Below, one piece after another: positions 9,405-18,200 of a stretch of 44,305 nt of DNA. Under the pieces are notes generated by a model. The model was not told where the DNA came from. It worked only from the letters and a program-made list of their open reading frames with translations, and did not search any database. Source of the stretch: a virus (taxonomy: Duplodnaviria > Caudoviricetes); IMG/VR virus record IMGVR_UViG_3300005542_000062, positions 1-44,305 of that record, one strand, 5' to 3'. A program made the translations under genes and the position numbers. Each line of letters begins with the position of its first letter. Position 1 is the first letter of the stretch.

Positions 9405-9809
9405 ATGCCAAAACTCAGCTTCTCGAATAGCGACTTACTCGCCACTACTCAGTTGGAAGGTGGCTGGTACGTCTTGACAGTAAAAGAAGTAGGCGATTGG
9501 ACGAAGGGAAAGAACGACCCTGAATCCAACAACATCATCGCCGACTTCATTGTTGACGGCCCGAAGAAGATCGGCGTTCCAGTTCGTCATTGGTTCTCCG
9601 AGAAGAATCTTGGGACGTCGCGCGACATGCTCGTGCCGTATCTTTCTTGTTTCACATCCGACGGAAAACTGAAAGAAGGCACGGACTACGATCCGATCGA
9701 CACCAAAGGCCGCAAAGTCGAAGCCTACATCTCCTGGAATCCGGATATGAAGATGAACTCAATCCAAGAGTTCCGGCGCTTCAAGGGCGCGGCCGTCGCG
9801 ACTCCGTAA
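9405..9809 (+). CDS. putative ssDNA-binding protein (DUF669-like OB fold)
   Basis: LEGGWYVLTVKEV...GRKV...NSIQEF pattern, directly after the Sak4-like ATPase. Confidence 0.6.
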   Translation: MPKLSFSNSDLLATTQLEGGWYVLTVKEVGDWTKGKNDPESNNIIADFIVDGPKKIGVPVRHWFSEKNLGTSRDMLVPYLSCFTSDGKLKEGTDYDPIDTKGRKVEAYISWNPDMKMNSIQEFRRFKGAAVATP

Positions 9810-9816
9810 CTTTTGT

Positions 9817-9895
9817 GGGCCTCAGAAAGATTCCCCAACTTTCGTTGCATCGAATGGACGATAGTGGAACTTGGTCGAAGAACGGCCCGAGGCCC
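9817..9895 (+). ncRNA. candidate structured RNA (three-way junction)
   Basis: GGGCCTC/GAGGCCC closing stem, with inner TTCC/GGAA, TCGT/ACGA and GGTCG/CGGCC stems. Intergenic. Confidence 0.35.
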
Positions 9896-9927
9896 TAAAC
9901 CCAAAACTGAAAAGGAGAAGAAAAACC

Positions 9928-10089
9928 ATGAAATACACTTTTACAGTAACCGGAAGCATCGAAGCGGACAACGAAGACGTTGCTCAAGGAAAGCTCGAAC
10001 ATGCCTTATCGAGCATTGATTCCGAGGTCGACGTTGACCTGACCGAAGAGGAGCCCGAACCTGAAGACGAAGAAACAGAAACTGCGTAA
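9928..10089 (+). CDS. small highly acidic protein (53 aa)
   Basis: AAGGAG RBS. Acidic tail DLTEEEPEPEDEETETA. Confidence 0.7.
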   Translation: MKYTFTVTGSIEADNEDVAQGKLEHALSSIDSEVDVDLTEEEPEPEDEETETA

Positions 10090-10227
10090 TCAATCTTGCG
10101 CGCGAATAGAACATCTTTCTCTTCACCGGGGTAGGATGTCAGTAACGGAACAGAAAAGACGGACGATGATGGTGTAAATGGATCGAGTCCAATCCACCGT
10201 CGCGCATTCGATTTTTGAAAGGAGTAA

Positions 10228-10997
10228 TGATGAGTAAAGAACAGTTCGCCGACGATTGGATCACAAAAGGCTGGAGTAGGGGACCAGAAGGAAAGTGGAT
10301 TGAACTAGGCCAGTCCGCTCGTATCACGGTAGAGGAAGAACTTGCCCCGCCACAGTTAGGCATTCATGACGTGGCAGAGTTTCTGAACAACCTAGAAGTC
10401 TCTTCCAAGCCGATGGACCGGGCCGAAGCGGATGCTGTAATCGTAAAGATCGACAAGGCGCTGCAAATGGTTTACGACCTTTGTAATCAAAGACGCGAGT
10501 GGATGATGTCGATTCCCACACGTCCCGACTATGATCCAGACCTTGTAATAGGTGACGCCCTTAGTGATGCGAGGAAATTGCTTATGTCTCATCCAGTGCA
10601 GGAGACACGGAAAGCGCTGAAGCCGAAAGAGACAGATACGGTTCGGTGTGAGGGTGTCTACTGCCGTTTTGAACCTTTCGACGTAGTAGATCCCCGCTTT
10701 CGCGAGTTCATCATCGAACGAGTGAACGGTGATACCACAGTGGATCGCTGGACGTGTGCGGAATCAGAAACACCGGCGATCTTAGACGTGCTGGCGGCGG
10801 GCTGCTCCCCGAGCAAGGACAAGGAGCGGCTGCGCATCTACGAAGATGCCTTGCGGGCAATCGCTAATATGTCCACCGAGCGCGTCAACCAGCACGAAGG
10901 ATACATGGCAATGCACCCCATCTCAATTCGGGAAGCAAGGCAAGTTGCACGTGATGCGATAGACGCCGCCATCGCAGCGGAGAAGAAGAGCAAATGA
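10228..10997 (+). CDS. hypothetical accessory protein
   Basis: AAGGAG RBS before ATG. ATGA coupling to the methylase. Confidence 0.65.
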
Positions 10998-12064
10998 TAG
11001 AAGACAATTTAATAACAGAGACAATCAATTCAATTAACGTTCAAGGTTTAGAAGAAACCCTTCGCCAACTGAAAGGTAAAGATTATGAGGTCGAATTACT
11101 CGAAAAGATAGCTTCAAGACCTAATATCAGCTGGGCCGATCAAGTCCTGATCGAATACGAGCTTCATGAGCTTAGAATTTCTCAGAATGGTGTCAATTTG
11201 GGCGGCCGACCCAAAGTAACCGGAAAAGAAGGTTGGTCCCAAACTGATACCGCGAGAGAGCTGAAAATCTCAATAGGACGATTCTCCGAAGATTTAAGTC
11301 TCGCTAGAGCACTTCAAGCCAATCCTCACCTAAGAAAAGTCAAAGACAAAAGAACTGCAATTAAGCTTGTAAAACAAGTCACGAAAACAGAAATAGCAAG
11401 AATCGACGCTTTACAATTCACCCCAAACATGGATCAATGTCTTTTAGGGGACAGTAATGACATACTCAAAGCTTTTCCGGACAAAACATTCGACGCTTGT
11501 ATTACTGATCCGCCGTGGACCGACTACAAAGATCCAGAACTCTGTGCGGATGACAAAACTTTACCAGTTTTTAGTGAAATCTTTCGAGTACTCAAACCCG
11601 ACGCTTTTCTCTACGCAGTGGTTTCCAGTTTGGATTTTATATCTTACTCTAAGGTCCTTCCAAGTTTCGGCTATAAAATTCAAGATTACCCTTTGATTTG
11701 GCACAAGACGGGATCAATGACTCACGGCCGCGCAGTTTGGCAATACGCGCGCGACTTCGAGCCGATTCTTTTAGCCGTCAAAGGAAATCCCTCTCTAACA
11801 TCCGGCACGGAAATAAGCTCAGTGATGCAATTCCCAATTGTTCATGTGTCGAGAAATATTCACCCACACGAAAAACCAGTTGAGCTAATCGAAAAGCTCA
11901 TCAAACACTGTACTTTTGAGGGAGCAAAGATCCTAGACCCATTCGGAGGATCGGGAGTTCTCGCGGAAGCTTGCAAGAAAAACGATCGTCGTTATGTGGT
12001 GATCGAAAGAGATCCGAAACGTTTTCAACAAATTGAGAAAAGAGTGAATGGAACAAAACCTTAA
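10994..12064 (+). CDS. DNA N4/N6 methyltransferase (beta class) with ParB-like HTH N-terminus
   Basis: ITDPPW (motif IV) precedes LDPFGGSG (motif I), plus HPHEKP. N-terminal WSQTDTARELKIS HTH. Confidence 0.9.
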   Translation: MIEDNLITETINSINVQGLEETLRQLKGKDYEVELLEKIASRPNISWADQVLIEYELHELRISQNGVNLGGRPKVTGKEGWSQTDTARELKISIGRFSEDLSLARALQANPHLRKVKDKRTAIKLVKQVTKTEIARIDALQFTPNMDQCLLGDSNDILKAFPDKTFDACITDPPWTDYKDPELCADDKTLPVFSEIFRVLKPDAFLYAVVSSLDFISYSKVLPSFGYKIQDYPLIWHKTGSMTHGRAVWQYARDFEPILLAVKGNPSLTSGTEISSVMQFPIVHVSRNIHPHEKPVELIEKLIKHCTFEGAKILDPFGGSGVLAEACKKNDRRYVVIERDPKRFQQIEKRVNGTKP

Positions 12065-12296
12065 AACCATCGAACCTCTTTGGGACAAGTATCGAGAGAA
12101 GCATATCCGTCCGGACTGTTCACCAGACGATCTCAAAGCTCTCGCCAAAGTTTTCTATGCCGGCGCGCTTCTTATGCTCCAAGAAGTAGTCGAGATCAAC
12201 AAAGACGTCTGGAGTGAACTATTCGCTGAATTTCAAGAATTCGATAAGGAGATTACCGATGCCCCTCAAGATCAACGTCGAAACGATACCACATAA
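12048..12296 (+). CDS. hypothetical phage protein
   Basis: ORF with an FYAGA motif, overlapping its neighbours. Confidence 0.6.
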   Translation: MEQNLKTIEPLWDKYREKHIRPDCSPDDLKALAKVFYAGALLMLQEVVEINKDVWSELFAEFQEFDKEITDAPQDQRRNDTT

Positions 12297-12741
12297 CTGT
12301 CAACGTTACGAAACAGTGGGTGACTGGACTTTTGAACCGGATGGAACTTTGAACGTCAACGTGTCTGAGATGTTCGCCGTTGAGAGGTTCATGCAAGATA
12401 TTATGATTGGTGGATCTTATACCAATCCAAGACAAGTAGAATATGCCGTCAAAAGAGTCGAGCAAGAAGACAGTGAATTCCTTGTTGCAATTCATGAAGT
12501 CATTGAAGCTTGGCTTTGCAAAAAAGCTGGAATTACAGCTGAGCAGGTCGACGAGTTCGACATGAATTATGCCAAGCAGCCAGACTTTGATCTGAGAACC
12601 GAATGTAAGGAACCAGGCGACGACCCAAGAGCACCTTATCACGTTCAGCATCTCATCGCTCAATCAATAGAAATGATGCTCTGTGCTCAGTTAGGTATCA
12701 AATGGGAAGATCATTGCAAAGCAGTAGAGGAGGTAAGATGA
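12259..12741 (+). CDS. hypothetical HExxE metal-binding protein
   Basis: AAGGAG RBS. QRYETVGDW, AIHEVIE and EPGDDPRAPYHVQH. Confidence 0.7.
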   Translation: MPLKINVETIPHNCQRYETVGDWTFEPDGTLNVNVSEMFAVERFMQDIMIGGSYTNPRQVEYAVKRVEQEDSEFLVAIHEVIEAWLCKKAGITAEQVDEFDMNYAKQPDFDLRTECKEPGDDPRAPYHVQHLIAQSIEMMLCAQLGIKWEDHCKAVEEVR

Positions 12742-12980
12742 TCGACCTTTCATATTTAATTGGAAGACACTTTCTCGCAAAATCAGGAAATTCTTGTCGA
12801 ATAGAAAGAATTCAATTCAATGACGAGATAAGAGCTATCTGGAAAAGACCATCATCCGACCAAGATCAAATAGAATTTCTAGATTGGATTAAAGATTTAG
12901 AGCCAGAAATAAATCCGATGGTGTCAAAATGTAAAAGTCAAGAAGAATTTACTTTAAAAAAGTACAGACAACAAAAATGA
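12738..12980 (+). CDS. hypothetical protein
   Basis: GGAGG RBS and ATGA overlaps on both sides. Confidence 0.6.
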   Translation: MIDLSYLIGRHFLAKSGNSCRIERIQFNDEIRAIWKRPSSDQDQIEFLDWIKDLEPEINPMVSKCKSQEEFTLKKYRQQK

Positions 12981-15454
12981 TTCACGTCCCAGGTTACGGG
13001 CCAAGTACTGCGAAGTTCGTTCTTTGCGGAGAAGCTCCAGGAGCGGACGAAGAAAGTTCTGGTATTCCGTTCTCTGGAAAGTCAGGTAAGATCGTCGATG
13101 ATTGTTTAGCCTTCGCGGGCGTTCCGAGAGATCAGGTTTATCTAACAAACGTAGTTAAAGTGCGGCCCCCTGATAATGACATCAAAAGATTGCATCAAAT
13201 AGGGTATAACATTTCAGACTTCATGCCTCAATTCGAGGAAGAGATTCGTCAACTCAACCCAAATTGCATTCTTGCGATTGGAAACACTGCATTACAAGCT
13301 TTAACGGGATATACTGGGATTAAGAAATATCGTGGTTCAATTCTAAAGTCTTATTTAGGTCCGAAAGTAGTTGGAACAATTCATCCAGCAAGCATTCTTC
13401 ATGCCGAAGGCGAAGACAAAATGCTTTCTTGGAAAGATTTAACGTACATCAAATGGGACTTTGCAAGAGCTTATGAAGAAAGCAAAAATAGCACTTTCGA
13501 TCCTCCTCATCGCAACCTCATTGTTTGTAGGTCTAATCTTGATCTTTATCGCTTCCTCAATCGTAACTCTGATAGAGATGCCGTTTCGGTTGATATCGAG
13601 ACTTTTAGGACCATACCAATATGCATCGGTCTTGCTTTCTCTTCTGAAGAAGCAATTTCAATCCCTCTTTTCAATCAGCTCTCATTCCAAAACCAAAGTG
13701 GAATGACTCGAACTGATTTACTTCAATGTTGGAAAGATGTCGCAGATGTGTTAGCGAATCCAAGAATCAAAAAGATAGGTCAAAACTTCAAGTTTGATGA
13801 ACGTCAATTAGAAAACTGCCTAGATGGGCGGTTATTCTTTGGAATGAAAGTCAATGGTTTTTGGTTCGATACATTGTTGGCATTTAGAACACTTTATCCC
13901 GAACTTCCGGGAAGATTGGAGTTCATAACAAGTGTCCTCACAAAAGAACCTTATTACAAAGAGGAAGGTAAAGGTTTTAACCCGAAAAAAGACAAACTCG
14001 ACCGACTCTTGCTTTACAATGCAAAAGACGCTGCGGTCACGTTTGAAGCTCATGAAGAGGAACTTAAAGAGCTTAGGGAAAGAAAGCTTGAGGGATTCTT
14101 CTTCAATAGAGTCATGCCGCTCCACCCTTTTTACTCTCGTTCTGAGTCTGTTGGAATTAGACGAGATGATTTCCAGCAAAAGTTTCTACTTGAAAAATAC
14201 AAAGATCAAGTCAAAGAGCTTCAAAACGAACTCAATACATCTTGTCTCCCATTTACCGGAGATCCCAATAAAATACTAAATGTCAACTCAAATGGCGCCA
14301 AAGGAGACATGCCTTGGCTTGTCTTTATAGCTTTAGGCTTTCCACCAAGAAAATCGACGGATGAAAAAACTCTCGGTGCTCTAATGAGGAACAATTGCAA
14401 AGACCCGATAAAGAAGCGCATTCTAGAGCTAATCTTAAAAATCAGAAAAGTGAGGAAGACAATTGGAACTTACATTGAGGCTGAAGCTGATTACCGTGGA
14501 AGACTCCTTACCTCTGTACGTATTATGCTTGAGACTGGACGAACGTCCACCGGAATTCTTAAAACTCCTATTACGACCCACCCGATGGGATGGGCTATGC
14601 AAACAGTTACAAAGCATGGGGACGTGGGTACAGATATCAGATCCATGTGCATTCCCGATGAGGGCTGCGTACTCGTTGAACCCGATCTTTCCGGAGCAGA
14701 AGCAAGAGTTGTTGCGATTTTGGCGAGAGATGAAAGGCTCATCAAAATTTTTAGATATAATCTCGATGTCCACCGAATAACACGCGCTTGGATGTTGAAT
14801 AATGCACCGGACGAATTACTCAACAAATTCTACTCAGAAGCAAATCATGAGGCTTGTATAGCTCTAGCAGAGGAAATCAATAAGATACTCAAAGGTTTAA
14901 TCAACATAGAAGATCGACAAATAGGAAAGGTTTTTAGGCACGCAGGTCACTATGACATGGGTAAGAGGGTAGCGTCAATTAATGCCCAGTGCAGCGAGTG
15001 GCGCGCGGGTCAGATCTTAGAACGATTCCACGCGACGAATCCAAACATTAGGAAGGTTTATCATAAAGAGATTCAGGATGCACTTCAAAAAGATAGAACT
15101 CTAGTAAATCCATTCGGACGTACTAGAGTCTTCCTAGACCGCTGGGGAGATGAGCTATTCAAGGAAGCTTATGCCCAAATCCCTCAATCAACAGTTTCAG
15201 ATCAAACAAAGTCTGCGGCAATTAGAATCGAACGTCGACTTGATTATAAGATTCAAATTCTTGGTGAGTCACATGACAGCTTCTTAGCTCAAGTTCCAAT
15301 ACCGTTGGTCGATAGAATGATTCGAGTTACCAAAGAAGAACTTGAACAACCAATTGACTTTAAGATTTGTACGCTGTCGCGTGGTGAGTTAATCATTCCA
15401 TGCGAGATTTCTCTAGGAGACAAGAATTGGGAGTTAATGAAGAAGATTGCGTAG
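12977..15454 (+). CDS. polA: family A DNA polymerase with N-terminal uracil-DNA glycosylase (family 4-like) and 3'-5' exonuclease domains
   Basis: UDG: GEAPG..E..GIPFSGKSG, TNVVK, IHPAS. Exonuclease: DIET, NFKFD, YNAKD. Polymerase: TGRTS, DLSGAEAR, R..GK...HAGHY, SHDS. Confidence 0.93.
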   Translation: MIHVPGYGPSTAKFVLCGEAPGADEESSGIPFSGKSGKIVDDCLAFAGVPRDQVYLTNVVKVRPPDNDIKRLHQIGYNISDFMPQFEEEIRQLNPNCILAIGNTALQALTGYTGIKKYRGSILKSYLGPKVVGTIHPASILHAEGEDKMLSWKDLTYIKWDFARAYEESKNSTFDPPHRNLIVCRSNLDLYRFLNRNSDRDAVSVDIETFRTIPICIGLAFSSEEAISIPLFNQLSFQNQSGMTRTDLLQCWKDVADVLANPRIKKIGQNFKFDERQLENCLDGRLFFGMKVNGFWFDTLLAFRTLYPELPGRLEFITSVLTKEPYYKEEGKGFNPKKDKLDRLLLYNAKDAAVTFEAHEEELKELRERKLEGFFFNRVMPLHPFYSRSESVGIRRDDFQQKFLLEKYKDQVKELQNELNTSCLPFTGDPNKILNVNSNGAKGDMPWLVFIALGFPPRKSTDEKTLGALMRNNCKDPIKKRILELILKIRKVRKTIGTYIEAEADYRGRLLTSVRIMLETGRTSTGILKTPITTHPMGWAMQTVTKHGDVGTDIRSMCIPDEGCVLVEPDLSGAEARVVAILARDERLIKIFRYNLDVHRITRAWMLNNAPDELLNKFYSEANHEACIALAEEINKILKGLINIEDRQIGKVFRHAGHYDMGKRVASINAQCSEWRAGQILERFHATNPNIRKVYHKEIQDALQKDRTLVNPFGRTRVFLDRWGDELFKEAYAQIPQSTVSDQTKSAAIRIERRLDYKIQILGESHDSFLAQVPIPLVDRMIRVTKEELEQPIDFKICTLSRGELIIPCEISLGDKNWELMKKIA

Positions 15455-15656
15455 AGAATTCGAGAAGCTATTTTTCAAAAGTGCGACGGATTACTTAACG
15501 TCAAGGCTTCAAATATTCAGTGGAATAACTCATGGGGAACACAGTAATTATCAATACTCTTTGGAATTATCTCTTCTTTGTATGACGGATCATGAAGAAG
15601 AACTTAGATTCATCTGTAAAGCTGAACTCGCACGGCTTAGAAGTAGGACTAAATGA
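15447..15656 (+). CDS. hypothetical protein
   Basis: TTG start overlapping the end of polA. Confidence 0.4.
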   Translation: MRREFEKLFFKSATDYLTSRLQIFSGITHGEHSNYQYSLELSLLCMTDHEEELRFICKAELARLRSRTK

Positions 15657-15756
15657 TCTTTTATCTCATTACGCTTGCCCGCTCGAATACGATCCAACGC
15701 CATTAGAAGAATATGAAGGGTATTTTATCTACCGTCAAGGGAAAGGAAGAAACGAA

Positions 15757-16158
15757 ATGAAAAGCGGAGAGAAAGTCAGATTCACGAGTGGAGCAACCGG
15801 GACGAAACATACTCGATTTGAACTGCTTCCAAGTCGAGGACTAACATGCGCGGCCGATCGATTCGAGTTAGGTGTCGAAAAACATCCAGATGGATGTTAC
15901 AATAACCTAACCGTTCAAATGCCATTGAGAGATCACGAATGGCTTATCGCTAGAGCTTCGCACACAATTCAACATGCACTCAATATAATACTCAAAATTC
16001 GAGATGGGAGATTAATTGAAGCTTATGGAGACGCCGGGGCAATCGCATTCGGAGGACTCGTTCTCGGAGAAGCTGTCTGTGAAGCAAAGGAATTATCAGA
16101 AGAATCGAAACAAGAAGATCGCACAAGTCCAGCAACGACACAGGGAAAGACTCGATGA
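15757..16158 (+). CDS. DUF5664-like dATP/dGTP diphosphohydrolase domain protein
   Basis: FTSGA..RFELLP..RFELGVEKH..HTIQH..DAGAIAF resembles this family. AAAGGA RBS. Confidence 0.6.
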   Translation: MKSGEKVRFTSGATGTKHTRFELLPSRGLTCAADRFELGVEKHPDGCYNNLTVQMPLRDHEWLIARASHTIQHALNIILKIRDGRLIEAYGDAGAIAFGGLVLGEAVCEAKELSEESKQEDRTSPATTQGKTR

Positions 16159-16435
16159 CCCTCTCTATTGTCAATATCGTCGAGCAGTGTGTCAAGTCTA
16201 TAACATCCGAGAGTCTATAGAAGTGTACGTTAAAAAGTTGATTAAACTTCGTAAGAAACTCGGATATTGGAAAGAGAAGAAACAAGTATTGCTAATCAGC
16301 ATGAGGGAAAAAGGTGAGTTCATGGCTAGAGCTACTAACGTCGAGCACAAGAAATCTAGAACCCCCCGAAAGATTCTTTTATTGGGCAGGTCTAGCGACA
16401 ATAGCATCAATAGTCAAGAAAAACGTATTCCTTAA
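16079..16435 (+). CDS. basic hypothetical protein overlapping both neighbours
   Basis: GGAG RBS and GTG start. It is the only long ORF spanning 16159-16313. Confidence 0.4.
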   Translation: MKQRNYQKNRNKKIAQVQQRHRERLDDPLYCQYRRAVCQVYNIRESIEVYVKKLIKLRKKLGYWKEKKQVLLISMREKGEFMARATNVEHKKSRTPRKILLLGRSSDNSINSQEKRIP

Positions 16436-17522
16436 CCGTTTTTCCTACGTCTTATACCCTAATATTTACGTAGTACTGGTGTCGGCGCGCTCCGGACTAC
16501 GGAAGGGAATCCCTATCTCTTATGCAAAGAGCATTCTCAATTCCCTAGATTGCACTAGAGTAATTTCAGGACAGAACTCATTGCCAGACATCATTAGAGA
16601 TTTGAGCACCCAATATACGACTCCCAGCGGTAAAGTTTTCTCTGAAGCTCAAACTCTTCTATGTGCTCCCGAATTAGATTCTTTCTTACTTTCCGATGAC
16701 AAAGCCTTAACTACACTAACAGACCTCTACGATACTCATCAGCACGAACCAGAATGGAGAAAAGGTCTAAAATCCGGTCGAGAAGTGCTCAAAAATCCAT
16801 GTATCAACATCTTAGGTGCCTCAAATGAAGTTCTTTTTGAGGATTTAGTCAAAATGAAAGACATTGAGGGGGGCTTTCTAGCTCGGACATTCATAGTTCA
16901 TGAGAGTAAGAGACGAACGAATAATTCGTTAATGTGGGAGCCACAAGGTTTGATTCCAAGACATGAATTGGCCGAATGTTTGAAAAGGCTAATAAATCTA
17001 GCCGGCGTTTTTGAAATGTCTGAAGAAGTCAAGCACTTATACAATAACTGGTATAATGAAATCTCAGAAAGTTCTTCAGAAGACCGAACTGGAACCCTAG
17101 AGAGAATTGGAGATTCAGTTCTAAAAGTCATGATGCTCATTTCTTTAGCTCATAGCAATGATTTATTGATAAAAGACCCAGCGATACTCGAAGAAGCGGT
17201 CAAAAAATGCGAAGAAAGTCTAGTTGGAACTCGAAAAGTCGCGATGGGTCAGGGTCATTCTGAAGTATCTCCTCTTGTCTCTCAAGTCCTCAAAATTCTT
17301 ATTGATCATCCAGATCATGAAGTTCAACGTGTTTATTTAATGAGAAAACTCAATTGTGAACCAATTCAATTAGATCGAGTCATTGATACCCTAGTTCAAA
17401 GAGAAGCGATCGACGAGCCGTTTAGAAAAAGATCAGCAAACGGTCGACCAGAAAAGGGAATTTGGTATCGAATGCCAAAAGAAATCTACGAACGATACCA
17501 AAAAATCAAAGGTGAAATATGA
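16314..17522 (+). CDS. DUF3987-like AAA+ putative replicative helicase
   Basis: EPP..F.YW..L..IA, LYPNIYVVLVSARSGLRKG, APEL and GGFLAR, plus a C-terminal winged-helix-like region. Confidence 0.75.
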   Translation: MSSWLELLTSSTRNLEPPERFFYWAGLATIASIVKKNVFLNRFSYVLYPNIYVVLVSARSGLRKGIPISYAKSILNSLDCTRVISGQNSLPDIIRDLSTQYTTPSGKVFSEAQTLLCAPELDSFLLSDDKALTTLTDLYDTHQHEPEWRKGLKSGREVLKNPCINILGASNEVLFEDLVKMKDIEGGFLARTFIVHESKRRTNNSLMWEPQGLIPRHELAECLKRLINLAGVFEMSEEVKHLYNNWYNEISESSSEDRTGTLERIGDSVLKVMMLISLAHSNDLLIKDPAILEEAVKKCEESLVGTRKVAMGQGHSEVSPLVSQVLKILIDHPDHEVQRVYLMRKLNCEPIQLDRVIDTLVQREAIDEPFRKRSANGRPEKGIWYRMPKEIYERYQKIKGEI

Positions 17523-17995
17523 GATGCTTTCAATGTCCTGCTTGTGCAGAAGTTGAGATAACAAGTAATAAGGTCCGGAAAATGGAGCACGATCATAACG
17601 GTGTAATAGTGCCATTGGATGGAATTCCAGTTAATTCAAATGCTATAGCTAATTGCTCCGTTATCAGTCAAGTATTTTCTCAAATAAATAGACCTAGAAT
17701 CAAAAAACTAACAGAAAAAGAAATTCTAGACGCACTCAAAAAGTTAGAATTCAAAGAGGGTGGTAATTATCTTTTAATCTTCAATTCAAGCATGATAGAT
17801 TTCGATACATTAATAAAGTTAGACATGTCCAACTTTCCAGAGTGTAATTTGATGTTTATATCAGCGCATAATCCTGGAGAGTCAATAGACAATGCAATCT
17901 TAATGAAAGAAAGTCTTTATGACATCCAAGATTGGATCATGAAGGCTTTTGAAAGGTCCGATACTTTTGAAAGGAGAGGTAATGAAGAAACCTGA
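17519..17995 (+). CDS. hypothetical protein (CPAC..H-H)
   Basis: ATGA overlap. Confidence 0.55.
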   Translation: MRCFQCPACAEVEITSNKVRKMEHDHNGVIVPLDGIPVNSNAIANCSVISQVFSQINRPRIKKLTEKEILDALKKLEFKEGGNYLLIFNSSMIDFDTLIKLDMSNFPECNLMFISAHNPGESIDNAILMKESLYDIQDWIMKAFERSDTFERRGNEET

Positions 17996-18200
17996 ATTCA
18001 CCGATCGTCAAATTTTAATTCTTGACATGATTGCTGAACAGGAATCGATCAGAGCGATTGCCAAAATGCTAAACTGTCATGAATCGAATATTCAGCATTT
18101 ACGTCAAAGGATTAGGGAAGAAATAGGTTTAGAAAAGAATCGAAGCCTAAATAAGTGGGTTTATCGAAATTGGAGACAAAATGTTCGCCGTCGAATGTGA
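17982..18200 (+). CDS. LuxR/GerE-type HTH protein
   Basis: FTDRQILILDMIAEQESIRAIAKMLNCHESNI..RIREEIG. AGGAGAGG RBS. Confidence 0.7.
   Translation: MKKPEFTDRQILILDMIAEQESIRAIAKMLNCHESNIQHLRQRIREEIGLEKNRSLNKWVYRNWRQNVRRRM

Noticed and set aside
10160-10206. tRNA gene
   Set aside because: Only a T-arm-like hairpin is present, with no D-arm, anticodon arm or complete cloverleaf.
12977-16158. Z-genome (2-aminoadenine) system
   Set aside because: No PurA/PurZ homolog was recognised.
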